The notes under the pieces: model-generated
Databases searched by the model: none
The model's input: only the letters and a program-made list of their open reading frames with translations
Told to the model about the DNA's origin: nothing
In this document: positions 1 to 10,005 of the stretch, piece after piece
Numbering within the stretch: position 1 is the stretch's first letter
Layout: each line of letters opens with the position of its first letter
Position numbers and translations under genes: made by a program
Virus record (IMG/VR): IMGVR_UViG_3300050035_000066
Span: 4,477 to 68,476 of that record
Direction: 5' to 3' (one strand)
Source: a virus
DNA: 64,000 nucleotides

Positions 1-728
1 AGTGTCTTGGTATCGATCATGCGCGAACCCGTGATGACCTTGGTCTGGCGAGGAGTACGGTTGTTGGTGAGCGACTGATCGAGACGTACAAAGTTCTTGT
101 AGTTCACGATTGCAGCAACATCAGCACCACCTTCTGCCGAACAGGTGACACGCGAGACAGCCGAACCGGAGTACAGAAGAACACCAGCCGCAGCCAGAAG
201 ATCCTTCTGAAGAACCGCTTCAGTCAACTGCACGGCACCGTTCATCAGTTCGGTCGCCAGATGATCCATCAACTCGGCATCCGAATCGAACTGGAGTGCT
301 TCGTTGCTGAACTCTGTGAAGAAACCGAACTTGACCAGCGTTCCGGTACGAACCAAACGGGTGAAACCAACACGGTTCACACGTCCACCATCCTCAGCAA
401 GCAGGGGAAGGCGTGAGGTGATCGTGCCGATATCACGGCTGGATCCATACAGGTTGCCATTGGCATAGGATGCACCAGATGCATCCAGACCCTGATCGTT
501 TACGTTGCGAGCATCGAGCAGAGGAACGTACTCGAAGACCTTGATGGTCTTGCCAAAATTCTTCGGCATGTTCGCGACACTCGCCAGCGGCATGAAAAAC
601 TGCTCAAGGCGAGCACGGATGATGGCCTTCTTGAGATAAAAAAACGTCTCAAGCTGATTGCCACCACCTGCATCGATATCGGAGGCCGTGCCTCCGGGAG
701 TAAGCGTAGGTGCATTGTAATTCAACAT
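1..728 (-). CDS. Major capsid protein, N4 gp56-like (partial, runs off window start)
   Basis: Not in the ORF track. Manual translation from ATG at 728 (AAGGA RBS): MLNYNAP...[40 protein letters not shown]...[13 protein letters not shown]...[11 protein letters not shown], characteristic of N4-like capsids; synteny after the gp57-like gene. Confidence 0.95.
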   Translation of the reverse strand, partial: MLNYNAPTLTPGGTASDIDAGGGNQLETFFYLKKAIIRARLEQFFMPLASVANMPKNFGKTIKVFEYVPLLDARNVNDQGLDASGASYANGNLYGSSRDIGTITSRLPLLAEDGGRVNRVGFTRLVRTGTLVKFGFFTEFSNEALQFDSDAELMDHLATELMNGAVQLTEAVLQKDLLAAAGVLLYSGSAVSRVTCSAEGGADVAAIVNYKNFVRLDQSLTNNRTPRQTKVITGSRMIDTKT

Positions 729-743
729 TGTATCTATCCTTCT

Positions 744-1967
744 TTAAAGGCGTTCAGCCATTTGTTTGAGAAATTCCTCATCACTCAGTGCAAGAGGATT
801 TACGAACTTCTCAGCTTTTTTAGGAGTGCTTCTCGTTGAAGAAGCCGCATTCACCCTTTCATTGTTCGTCACGGCTGACTTGACGGTAGCAACCCGAGTT
901 GTAATCGGAGTAGCCGTTGTCGAGACAGTTGCAGTCTTGGTAGCGGTTGCTGCATTGAACGCACCTGCTGCGGCCAATTCATCACCTACTGCCTTGTACG
1001 CATGAATGAAGGGTGTAGCTACGGGGAGCGTGCCCAGAGTCCGACGACGATCAATCTCACTAGCGATTTGGGTATAAATACCGTTCACACGTTGAGAGTG
1101 AATTACTTCCATCAGGTCAGGGTTCTTCCACAGCACTTCCTTGCTGGCTTGATCCCAAGTATTGATTTGCTGAAGCGTGTCAACTCCACCATCATTGGAT
1201 CGAAGATCTTGCACGGCAGATTTGAAACTAACTTCTTCATCAGAGACTTTGTGATTGCCTTCAAAGTAAGTTGTCTTGGGTTCCTCATCGAGTGTGAGAG
1301 TGTCGATTCCAGAATCCTTGACGAGTTTCTTAATCGCTTCTGGATTTTTCTTGTCCAGATCAATCAGAAACGAAAGTCGATTTTCATCCAGAAGACCTGC
1401 ATTCTCCAACATCGTCAAGACTTTGCGATGAGGCGCAATCGCCTGCATCTTCTTGGTGTAGTTGGCACCCATCTGCATAAGCTGGATGGCTTCATCTGGA
1501 TTTTTGAGGTCGATGGTTTTTCCGTTCGCTTTGATCGGAGTCATCAGACGCTCATACAAAGCTTTGTAGTCAGGAACAGTCTCAGTTGTAGTCTCCGTGG
1601 CCTCGGTAGAAGTTGCGGCTGATTTCTCACTTCCAGCAGGCTTCTCTTTGGTTACAACGGGATTAACCTTGACTGCTACTTTCTTCGCAGCTTCGGTAGC
1701 TGCTACCGCGGTAACTGCCACTGTTTCAGCAGCTTTTTCTTCTTCAGTCTTGTCATCGGCAACCACTGTTTCAGTGGCTGGGGTTTCAGTCTCAGTTGCT
1801 GTTTCTGTGGCTACTTTAGCTGTTTCAATTGCAGCAGCTTCTGTGGCAGCCGTAGCAGCAGCATCATCTGTAACTACCACTTCCTCAGTCGTAGGCACCT
1901 CAGAGGCACTGTTCAACTGAGAGAAATCTTCATCCGACATACCCAGAGGATTCTTCGCGGTAGGCAT
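744..1967 (-). CDS. N4 gp57-like protein (annotated as tape measure/scaffold in N4-like phages)
   Basis: Acidic low-complexity N-terminus, KANGK...LMQMGANYTKKMQ motif, C-terminal NPLALSDEEF; lies between portal and capsid. Confidence 0.85.
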   Translation of the reverse strand: MPTAKNPLGMSDEDFSQLNSASEVPTTEEVVVTDDAAATAATEAAAIETAKVATETATETETPATETVVADDKTEEEKAAETVAVTAVAATEAAKKVAVKVNPVVTKEKPAGSEKSAATSTEATETTTETVPDYKALYERLMTPIKANGKTIDLKNPDEAIQLMQMGANYTKKMQAIAPHRKVLTMLENAGLLDENRLSFLIDLDKKNPEAIKKLVKDSGIDTLTLDEEPKTTYFEGNHKVSDEEVSFKSAVQDLRSNDGGVDTLQQINTWDQASKEVLWKNPDLMEVIHSQRVNGIYTQIASEIDRRRTLGTLPVATPFIHAYKAVGDELAAAGAFNAATATKTATVSTTATPITTRVATVKSAVTNNERVNAASSTRSTPKKAEKFVNPLALSDEEFLKQMAERL

Positions 1968-2305
1968 TAGTTGCTCTCTTCCTGACGAGCAGCTTCAAGT
2001 TCTTCTTCCATCTCGTCCATCTTGGCAGCAACTGCATTGCCCATCTGGACGCACTGTGAGAGCCAACGACGAAAGTGACCGGCTGCCTGTGCCATTGCCG
2101 TTGCATCAGCACGTTGCTCGGCAGTAAGTACAGGGTCACCACCCTGTTGAGCAAAACGAGCACAATCTTGGATGCAGTAGCTCTCCAAGACCAACTTTTT
2201 GAAAGTTGGATCGTTGTAAAGCTTCAAAGCGAGATCACGTTGTTCGACCAGTCGCTTTGCATCTTCGATGTGTAGTTCCATTTGCGTGACTTCAGAGTTT
2301 GCCAT
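1967..2305 (-). CDS. Conserved N4-like structural-module protein (gp58-like)
   Basis: Helical 112-aa ORF, start refined to ATG 2305 (AAAGGA RBS); synteny. Confidence 0.7.
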   Translation of the reverse strand: MANSEVTQMELHIEDAKRLVEQRDLALKLYNDPTFKKLVLESYCIQDCARFAQQGGDPVLTAEQRADATAMAQAAGHFRRWLSQCVQMGNAVAAKMDEMEEELEAARQEESN

Positions 2306-2357
2306 TCTGATTGGTCCTTTTCTTTGATCCAAAAGTTAAACTTCATTCAACAAGTTG

Positions 2358-2386
2358 AACATACTCTAACTTACATTGTATGTCAA
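2358..2386 (-). promoter_or_regulatory. Sigma70-type late promoter TTGACA-N17-TATGTT
   Basis: Minus strand reads TTGACA tacaatgtaagttagag TATGTT upstream of the gp58/gp57/capsid genes; lies within an inverted repeat. Confidence 0.7.
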
Positions 2387-2387
2387 C

Positions 2388-4589
2388 TTATGATTGTGGA
2401 GGAGCCTGATTTTCTGAGGTAGCCGCCGCATGACTCAGGGTATTAAAGCCTACGGCAGCAGCTACATTCGGGTCCGTTTCCCCTTCCTTTTTAGGTTTAA
2501 GGAGAGCATGTGTAACTGCCAAATCCTGATTGCCACGAGACTGAGCCTGTTGCTTTTCCATTTCTCGTGCATGGGCAGTACCAGTCTCTTGTTCGAGTGC
2601 ATCAAGGTTCGTGCTATGGGCATTGGCGGTCACCAAGGCAATTTTGGCTTTATTAAGTTCAGTTTCAGCCTGAATTCTCTGGACTTCAGCCTGCATCTTC
2701 TGAAGTTCAAGTTGAGCTTCCTGCTGCTTCATTGGGTCAGGAGGAGGTGGCTGCCAGCTACGGAGCTTCTGAGCCAAAGCAGGCATCCGTTTCAACTCTG
2801 CAATTTCGGTCAGGATCATGACCGTCATTGTTGGATCCATATTAGGCCCAATGGTTTGCAACATAAATCCGAGATCCTTAGCACGCTCTTCGTCAATCTC
2901 AGCCGTGTTGATATCGACCTCAAGATCAAATTGACCTTTGAGGTCTTCACGGTTAATTTTGACGTACTGCTCATTGGTGACTCGGATTGTCTCTTCATCT
3001 GAAAGGAACTCGGAATTCATGGCAATGATCTTGGTTCCAACCACAGACATACCTTGAGCCAAACGACGAAGAATGGATGACTCACGTTTACTAGCTGCAT
3101 CCATGGCACCTCTTGCTGTCGAAGCAAGGTTGCCATATGATTCACCTGAGATTCCACCAGCGAAGCTTTTCACACCTGTAAGTGCTTCAGCCTCTGAGTT
3201 TTGAAGGTTGATCATTTGTAGAGCAGAGTTGGGAATCTCAGGATACTTGTGTTCGATCAAACCTTGTGTTGGAGACAGGTTGGGGTTGAACTCATAATCC
3301 TGTCCACTCTCAAACCGGCGACGGTTGAAAGGATCCAGCATTCCTTTGGCAAATCCCTGTTGGCCATTGGCCGACCGACCCATAAGATCAATCATGCCCC
3401 GTGCAACTGCACCAAGGATTGCCTGATTGTCGCCCAAAAGCTCGGCATCAGGTTCGCCGTAAAGTTCACGCTTAACTGGGTTGTAAGTCACAACTACATA
3501 GGGAAGACCCTCATCTGGATAAGGGTTCATCTCCATGCGAATCATCTGGTTACCGATCCAAGTAGCAACAAATGGGACCAGATTACCGTCATCTTCGACA
3601 TCGTACCAGCCCCAATATTCGTAGGCCACAACCTTCTTGCGAGCCTTGTCGCCAAAGTGGAAGGTCATGTCTTTGTTGACTGGGATGTGGTAAGCATCAG
3701 TCAGTGGAGTGTTGCCATTCCAGTTAACTTTGTCGAGATTTACATAGTTGATGCTCGACTTCTCCAACTCACCTTTGTAAGTTTCAAAGGAGACAACTGT
3801 GAAGAGAGCCTTCTCCCATTCACTTCCACATGAGGGGTCCATGAAGACATTTCTCGGATTCAATACTTCGATCCAAGGATGATTGGCCACAATCTCATCA
3901 GTCGTCTGCTTTTGAGTGCCATTTTGAACGGCAACAGTGGGCTGCTGAGATTCGAGGTAATAGTCTACGGCTGCCTTGAGAGCATCCGGAGTTTGTTGGT
4001 CATAAACACGGGGATTTTCCTGCTTCGTTTGCAGGGCTTGGGCCAGCATCTGTTGCTGCTCGGGTTTGGTGATGGGATAGTGTTCCCAGACTGGAACATC
4101 CTTCGTCACCTTCTTGGTGATTCGCTTCCAACTGACTCGTAAGACGGCAGTTCCATCATCAACTACCGATCGAACATAGTCATCAATGAATCGAATCCTA
4201 TTGATCTTGGTTCGGAACTGCCAGTTGAGAACCATCTCATTCTGGCGAGCAGCATCGACATCAGCAAAGGTACAAGGAGAAACTTTGAACAGGTGATTGG
4301 ATCCAAGAAAAGGCTCAGTCAGAGCCGAATAACGCCATTCAGCTTGGCGACGAACTAACTTCGGTTGAACTTGGGATCGACCCTTGATAACAGGAGGCTT
4401 GGCCTTACCGTGAGCCTTGAGAAGATCATTCCACTCATCGATTCGAGCGCAATTGGTATCGTGGAAAGGTTTCGCATACTCCATGTCTGTCTTCAGACTC
4501 TGGAGAGTAGGCTCGTTCTTCCACTTCGTGAGCTTCTCAGCTATCTCCGGACTGGGGGACTGAGGTTTCTGAGTATCGTTATCGACCAT
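2388..4589 (-). CDS. Portal protein (N4 gp59-like)
   Basis: 733 aa, KLTKWKNEPT...GRSQVQPKLVRRQAEWRYSALTEPFL motif typical of N4-like portals. Confidence 0.93.
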   Translation of the reverse strand: MVDNDTQKPQSPSPEIAEKLTKWKNEPTLQSLKTDMEYAKPFHDTNCARIDEWNDLLKAHGKAKPPVIKGRSQVQPKLVRRQAEWRYSALTEPFLGSNHLFKVSPCTFADVDAARQNEMVLNWQFRTKINRIRFIDDYVRSVVDDGTAVLRVSWKRITKKVTKDVPVWEHYPITKPEQQQMLAQALQTKQENPRVYDQQTPDALKAAVDYYLESQQPTVAVQNGTQKQTTDEIVANHPWIEVLNPRNVFMDPSCGSEWEKALFTVVSFETYKGELEKSSINYVNLDKVNWNGNTPLTDAYHIPVNKDMTFHFGDKARKKVVAYEYWGWYDVEDDGNLVPFVATWIGNQMIRMEMNPYPDEGLPYVVVTYNPVKRELYGEPDAELLGDNQAILGAVARGMIDLMGRSANGQQGFAKGMLDPFNRRRFESGQDYEFNPNLSPTQGLIEHKYPEIPNSALQMINLQNSEAEALTGVKSFAGGISGESYGNLASTARGAMDAASKRESSILRRLAQGMSVVGTKIIAMNSEFLSDEETIRVTNEQYVKINREDLKGQFDLEVDINTAEIDEERAKDLGFMLQTIGPNMDPTMTVMILTEIAELKRMPALAQKLRSWQPPPPDPMKQQEAQLELQKMQAEVQRIQAETELNKAKIALVTANAHSTNLDALEQETGTAHAREMEKQQAQSRGNQDLAVTHALLKPKKEGETDPNVAAAVGFNTLSHAAATSENQAPPQS

Positions 4590-4627
4590 CTAAATGCACC
4601 CCACCTTAAAGATACATTGTATATGAA

Positions 4628-5068
4628 TCAGGAGAGGAACAGTGCAGCTTCTCGTTTACGACGAGCAAGCAAACCGGGATCCTCTTCCTCAAGTTGAGTT
4701 TTAGGGTTCCGGACATGGCACCAACGAAGAAACTGAACAGCAACCTGATCCCAACCGTGGGAGAGCAATTGAACCAAAGAGGAAGGCTGATTCTTCACGT
4801 TATAGACGAAGCTGCAAAGGGCATCAAACTGTTGCTGATTGCACTCAGCAGGGACATGAGCATTGACCATGGGGGCAAAGATGAGATCGATATCTCGATC
4901 CAGAATGTCAGAACCTTCAGGCTCAGTTACACCATTAGGAAATGACTCACCGGATCTGAGCCGATGTCCATAGGCAATGGCAGGTACGCCATTATCCGAA
5001 TAGACATGCGGCACAAATCCTTCAGACGACTTGATGAGTGTTACACCAACTGGACTGATATTGAACAT
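4628..5068 (-). CDS. Endolysin, GH24 phage lysozyme
   Basis: IKSSEG...Y.D..G..AIAYGH, QQQFDALCSFVYN, GLLARRKREAALF motifs. Confidence 0.9.
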   Translation of the reverse strand: MFNISPVGVTLIKSSEGFVPHVYSDNGVPAIAYGHRLRSGESFPNGVTEPEGSDILDRDIDLIFAPMVNAHVPAECNQQQFDALCSFVYNVKNQPSSLVQLLSHGWDQVAVQFLRWCHVRNPKTQLEEEDPGLLARRKREAALFLS

Positions 5069-5334
5069 TACCTGACCGTCGCAATCCAATTTGTAAACTG
5101 GTTCATTGCATCATCTTCCCCATGGATCCCAGCAGCCTTGAGCAACCAGCTTACACTGGGAATGGAGATCGACAAGGTGAGCACCTGATTGGCAGCAAGA
5201 AGCCAGTTGTACTTGATGCCGTGAGTCTCACCTTCACCTTCAAGAGCATCAATGTGAATGCCCTTGCTGGCGAAGATTTGCTTCAAGTCTTCCCACTTCT
5301 CAGGTGTAATTCCAGAAAACTGACGAGTAACCAT
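5068..5334 (-). CDS. Hypothetical protein in lysis cassette
   Basis: ORF with GAGGTG RBS; stop overlaps the lysozyme start. Confidence 0.6.
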   Translation of the reverse strand: MVTRQFSGITPEKWEDLKQIFASKGIHIDALEGEGETHGIKYNWLLAANQVLTLSISIPSVSWLLKAAGIHGEDDAMNQFTNWIATVR

Positions 5335-5365
5335 ACTGCACCTCAAACTTGAATTTTAAGTCCAG

Positions 5366-5938
5366 TTAGATTCGTTTACCAATCAGGATCGTAAACATAG
5401 GTTGGTAACTAGTCCCATTACTCACACTAGACTTGAGTGCTCGGGCTGCAAAGTCAATGTCATAACTCTTGATCTTCGCGATCGGAATTAGCACCCCGGT
5501 ATTCCACTGCCAACCAACATTGGGGCCATTCCAACTAATCCCGGCTGCTGTCGGAAAGTAGATGTCCTTGCCACTGATAGTGACCTTCTGAGCAAGACCT
5601 GCACCTACATTCGAGGTCACTGTGAAAGGTTTCAGTGAATTAGGCAGAACGTCAAATACCGTAAAGGTGGATAGGCCGGTAGTGTTGATATCTCTTGAAT
5701 AGAGAGCCGTCCCAGCAACCGCAGGCTTGGCATTGATGCTGTAGGACAAGCCAGCAGCAACATAGTTCTTGCCATCAAGGGCAGGAATGGGTAGAGGCGA
5801 CACAGGTGCAGTCGGATCGGGAGTCGTAACCACCGGAACCGTGGAACTGGAATCCTGTGCGTGAGCGACGGTGCTCAGAACCAAAACAAAAAGGATTGAG
5901 CTAAGGAGAATACGGGCGAAACTGAAGGTCGTCTTCAT
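5366..5938 (-). CDS. Exported beta-strand-rich protein (possible small outer-membrane beta-barrel)
   Basis: Signal peptide MKTTFSFARILLSSILFVLVLSTVAHA|Q, Pro/Thr linker, alternating amphipathic strands ending MFTILIGKRI. Confidence 0.6.
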   Translation of the reverse strand: MKTTFSFARILLSSILFVLVLSTVAHAQDSSSTVPVVTTPDPTAPVSPLPIPALDGKNYVAAGLSYSINAKPAVAGTALYSRDINTTGLSTFTVFDVLPNSLKPFTVTSNVGAGLAQKVTISGKDIYFPTAAGISWNGPNVGWQWNTGVLIPIAKIKSYDIDFAARALKSSVSNGTSYQPMFTILIGKRI

Positions 5939-5948
5939 GGTTTATCCT

Positions 5949-6239
5949 TTACTTCGAGTCGGGTTGAGTTGCGTCGAGGTTGTCGGGGGAAGCCGGATCT
6001 GCATCTGGTAACTTCTTGTTCGCTTTTGAAACCTTGGCCCAGATCGTCAGTGCAATAACCAGATTGCTACAGAAAAGGCTGACCTTGGTAAAGATCACCG
6101 GATGGCCAACGAATATTTGGCCAACCTGTTCCCGAAAATCGGCTGAAGAGTTGAAGTAAACAGCAAATGCCACCAACCCAATCCAAACTGCATGGGTAGT
6201 AGCACTCTTCTTCTGGAACCAAAGCTTTAAGCGATCCAT
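5949..6239 (-). CDS. Putative holin (2 TM)
   Basis: Two hydrophobic segments, charged C-terminal tail, upstream of endolysin. Confidence 0.55.
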   Translation of the reverse strand: MDRLKLWFQKKSATTHAVWIGLVAFAVYFNSSADFREQVGQIFVGHPVIFTKVSLFCSNLVIALTIWAKVSKANKKLPDADPASPDNLDATQPDSK

Positions 6240-6292
6240 ATGTGTCCTCTAATTCCTGTTGTAGTACAACATATCTTGGTGGAAAGTTCAAT

Positions 6293-6508
6293 TCATTTCC
6301 AATGTTGGGCGAGAATCTCCCCAATTACCGTGAAAAAGGAGAGTGCGCTGGCTGAAAGCATCAACCATGCCACTTTCGCCATCATAGCCACGGAGCTTTC
6401 AAGTTTTGTGATTCTAATTGTCAAAGGAGGTTCACCATTTCCTTCCCAAATCACCTTTTTGATCTTGTTGACATCTACCTGAAGCTGTACTTCCAGATCT
6501 GTATGCAT
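6293..6508 (-). CDS. Small membrane protein (holin/antiholin-like, coiled coil + C-terminal TM)
   Basis: GNGEPPL...RITKLE coiled coil followed by a hydrophobic helix. Confidence 0.55.
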   Translation of the reverse strand: MHTDLEVQLQVDVNKIKKVIWEGNGEPPLTIRITKLESSVAMMAKVAWLMLSASALSFFTVIGEILAQHWK

Positions 6509-6649
6509 TCCTGAGCCTCTCTAAAATATAAATATAGGGTATACAGCTTTTGGAAGATCACCCGAATTTGAATCTACAGTGTATTTTTGCCCAAGTAAAC
6601 CTTTAGGTAAGGCATGCTGAACGAAGCCATGTCTGTCTTAATCACCGCC

Positions 6650-6764
6650 TCATCATTCCAAGACCTTGTCTATCTCAACGGTTGCTCGAACTCAATTCGA
6701 ACTTACCAGTTCCGAGAGTGATGATAAACCGAAGTTCTTTTTTGTTCTCAAATGAAGTTGTCAT
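6650..6764 (-). pseudogene. 5' relic of a contractile-tail baseplate hub-like gene
   Basis: TAA-ATG coupled to the fibre stop: MTTSFENKKELRFIITLGTGKF, then a stop; another frame gives RATVEIDK. Resembles N-termini of myophage baseplate hub proteins (from memory). Confidence 0.4.
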
Positions 6765-9700
6765 TTAAAATCCGAACGGATAAGAGAACTGAACACCTTT
6801 GATTGCTGAAAATGATGGGGCAACCAAATAGACGTGAAAAGTTCCGGTCATTGAACAAGCGGTATTAGTGGCCGTATTTGAAGTTGAGTTGTGGCCTTGT
6901 ATTCCCCAAGCAAATAGACTTCCTATCACTCCATCTTGCTGAAAAATTAAGAATCCATCAACATCTCCAACGAAATCCCGCAAACTACTTCCGCCCGAAG
7001 CCCCAACGACTGAAGACGATCCTCCACTTGTTATCGTATTCAAAACCTCATTGCCGTCCGTTTGGGCATCATATTCATAACGGCAACTTGAAGTATTTGC
7101 CGCAATTGCAAATGCGATTGGATCGCTAGTTGAAGCTCTAGCAACGCCGAAGTTGAAACTCCAATAGGTATTTGCCGCAAGCGTAACAGTCTCATTTGAC
7201 TGATAAGCCGATACACTTCCAGGTAAGGTAACGGGGGTTGAATTGAAAGTGAAGTTTACCTTACTTGGAACAGCGCTCGCCGGTAAATAGCCGGTTCCGC
7301 TCGCATTCCAGTTAGTTCCGTCATAGCAAAGATTTATCGGCTTATTCGCCGGAATGCTCAAGCTCGCGGTAAGGGTTGTTGTCCAACCGCTCGCGCCGGC
7401 AACCGCTACACTCTTGGCTCCCAGGCTGTTAATATTCACCGTCAAGCCGGCTCCGCTGTTCGCTGTTGTCGTTTCATACACGAGACAATTTCCGGCCTGG
7501 GGAATAAAGGTATTTGCAACTGTGCAACTCTGGGCCGTTCCGCTCGCCGAAGTGTCTGAGCAAGTTTGAGGCATGAAGCCGGTAATCGGAAGGTTTGTTT
7601 CGGCTGCCCTGCTATTTTGAGAAACGTTGCTCCCACCGGATCCGGTTCCACAGGTTGGGCAAGAGATCACTGATCCGGTTATAACAATTGGGGAAGTTGC
7701 GGTATAGGAAGCGGGGCTCGAACAAGTTCCGTCAAATTTCAAATATCCCGCCGTGCAAGATCCCGAAGCCCAAAGGGCAACGATATCGGAGAAAGTGGCC
7801 GCAGCCGTTGTATTGAGAGCCGTTCGCTTGATGACTCCGTTGGAACCTGGATCCGCAAGGCCGCCCGATGCGCTCGTGCAAGTTCCATCGTTCTTCAGGA
7901 ACCCCGAGCAAGATCCGCCCCCGAATAGGGCAACAACATCACCATATGCGGGAGATCTCCAGGCTGAGCCCGTTGAGGCAGCAAGGCCGCTCGCCGGCCA
8001 TCCGATAATGCAATTGGTTCCGACTGGATATCCTTGTGAGTTCGTGCCGATGCAATTCGTATTAATCACACTTGGGAAGTAAGGGCCGTTGCTCCCATCG
8101 ATCCCAAACATTTCCCCGGTTCCCGTCTGATTCCACCAGGTTTCGTTAAATTTACCGCCGGATGTAGCGTAGTGAGCAAAACCGAAGCCGGGGAACATAG
8201 ATCCCCCGTAGACTCCCGAGCCGATGTTGTCTGGGTATCCGCTGAAAAGGGAAGTTTGAGTTGCTGTATAGTCGTTCAGCATATGCGCATACATGCCCAA
8301 CGCCGAACTTAAGATGCCGCCGGAATCATACATATAGGGGTTGTTGAGATTATTGATTGCCCCGTAAACATCAATTACCCGATCAAAATACTGGCCGCAA
8401 GTTGTTGAGCAATGTGGAGCCGTATTGGTATCATTCGGTAGCTGGGATTTCACCCAGTTGTTCAAATCGTTCGCGCTGAAAAAGGCCAAATGACAACCAA
8501 AATCAGTCGTGTTCCAAGGCTGAGGCGTGAGAGTGGACATACTCACAACTCCCCCATCAGCGTGAATGCTTGCCGCTACAGCGAGTAAATCCGCCTTGAG
8601 AGTGGCATTGGATGTGCAATATTGAATATCGTTGCGACCGCCAGTCAACTCAACCAGGACTGTGCTGCCGGGATTCGAAGCGAGCCAACTCGTGATGAGT
8701 GGATGAATGGTCGTTGAATAATTTGCGGCCATCGAAACGATTGTGGATCCGATTGGCAAAACTGTTTTGTGGGTTGCTTGCTTAAAGAAAGGAAGACTTG
8801 CCGCATAGAACGGCAAAAAGTAATTTGCATTTTCAGCATTCCCGTAGCTCCCGCTAGTTGCGGAGATCAAAGGACAGGCTGCGGTCCAATGGGTAGAATC
8901 CACAACGGAGGCAACCTGGAAGAGATCCAGGCCACTAGTCCATGCGGCATAAGGGGAAACCATTGCCGGCCATCCCCCAACCGCATCGGTTGAAAACCAT
9001 TCATTTAATACAAGGTTGTGAGCCGCTGTCGAATGGAAAGAGCAAACCCCAGCGCTTTGAGTCCAACCCGTCATGGGTATTGCCGTTCCATGTCGAAAAG
9101 CTCCCGCGTCATCCCCAATCGTTGAATCGGGGCCAGCCCAGATAACGAGAGACGTTGAGCTTAAAAGCAAAGGGAAAGTGTTCGGGGTTGCCCATTTTAC
9201 CCCGTTCGTCATCGTATGATCAGCCGTTATAACTTGCCCATCGGAGCCAACCGGGAGCCGTTGGGGAGATCCGGCCGAGCCCCCAACAATCATATCCCCC
9301 AAAGTTGTCATTGGGTTACTAAATGTTCCGCCGGTAAACGTGCAAGCTGTTCCCGTACAACTTACCCCAGGCCCCGAGAAAGTGAATGCCCCAGGGGAAC
9401 CGTTAATGCTCCCAACAACGTTACTCGCTTGGAGTAATTGATTAAACATCGTTCGCGCATCAGTAACGCTGGTAATTGCCGAGTCGCTCGTAACCACTGA
9501 TGCAATCGGAATATCGGAGCCAACGAAAGCCGTACTCCTAACGGCCGGCACGCAACTCGAAGCCGTATTAAGGTAAACGCGATTCGTTACACTTGCTGTC
9601 ATTGTGAGAGTTCCGCCGGCATATGTCACAACGGATCCCCCGCAAAACGCGCGGCCGGCAGCAATGTTCAACGTAAGGCCGCTTCCCTGGGTAGGAAGGT

Positions 9701-9992
9701 AAAGAGTAGTGAAGACTTGTGCCGATGTGGTCAAAGCCCCAAATGGAACCCAATTAGTGCCATCGCTAATACATGTGCGATGAGTCGATCCACCAGCAGC
9801 AATGCAATCAGTTCCTGAAGCATCATCAATAGTTCGGATAACATCTCGTGATTCAGATGCAGCAGGAAGTTGGGAGATATGGACAGGAAGCACACGGAAA
9901 TTACCCTTCACATCAGTCGGACCTTGAACGGTCTGACTGAATATGAAGGTTGGCAGGAAGATGAAAGGTACAAGATACTTGAGAATCTTCAT
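6765..9992 (-). CDS. Large tail-fibre/spike-like protein with signal peptide and SGNH/GDSL-like domain
   Basis: 1075 aa, Gly/Ser/Thr-rich; MTTLGDMIVG...RLPVGSDGQV fibre motif; GPDS and GGRND SGNH-like blocks; 26 Cys; N-terminus MKILKYLVPFIFLPTFIFS|Q; located in the tail module. Confidence 0.75.
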   Translation of the reverse strand: MKILKYLVPFIFLPTFIFSQTVQGPTDVKGNFRVLPVHISQLPAASESRDVIRTIDDASGTDCIAAGGSTHRTCISDGTNWVPFGALTTSAQVFTTLYLPTQGSGLTLNIAAGRAFCGGSVVTYAGGTLTMTASVTNRVYLNTASSCVPAVRSTAFVGSDIPIASVVTSDSAITSVTDARTMFNQLLQASNVVGSINGSPGAFTFSGPGVSCTGTACTFTGGTFSNPMTTLGDMIVGGSAGSPQRLPVGSDGQVITADHTMTNGVKWATPNTFPLLLSSTSLVIWAGPDSTIGDDAGAFRHGTAIPMTGWTQSAGVCSFHSTAAHNLVLNEWFSTDAVGGWPAMVSPYAAWTSGLDLFQVASVVDSTHWTAACPLISATSGSYGNAENANYFLPFYAASLPFFKQATHKTVLPIGSTIVSMAANYSTTIHPLITSWLASNPGSTVLVELTGGRNDIQYCTSNATLKADLLAVAASIHADGGVVSMSTLTPQPWNTTDFGCHLAFFSANDLNNWVKSQLPNDTNTAPHCSTTCGQYFDRVIDVYGAINNLNNPYMYDSGGILSSALGMYAHMLNDYTATQTSLFSGYPDNIGSGVYGGSMFPGFGFAHYATSGGKFNETWWNQTGTGEMFGIDGSNGPYFPSVINTNCIGTNSQGYPVGTNCIIGWPASGLAASTGSAWRSPAYGDVVALFGGGSCSGFLKNDGTCTSASGGLADPGSNGVIKRTALNTTAAATFSDIVALWASGSCTAGYLKFDGTCSSPASYTATSPIVITGSVISCPTCGTGSGGSNVSQNSRAAETNLPITGFMPQTCSDTSASGTAQSCTVANTFIPQAGNCLVYETTTANSGAGLTVNINSLGAKSVAVAGASGWTTTLTASLSIPANKPINLCYDGTNWNASGTGYLPASAVPSKVNFTFNSTPVTLPGSVSAYQSNETVTLAANTYWSFNFGVARASTSDPIAFAIAANTSSCRYEYDAQTDGNEVLNTITSGGSSSVVGASGGSSLRDFVGDVDGFLIFQQDGVIGSLFAWGIQGHNSTSNTATNTACSMTGTFHVYLVAPSFSAIKGVQFSYPFGF

Positions 9993-10005
9993 TTTTTGTC
10001 CTGTC

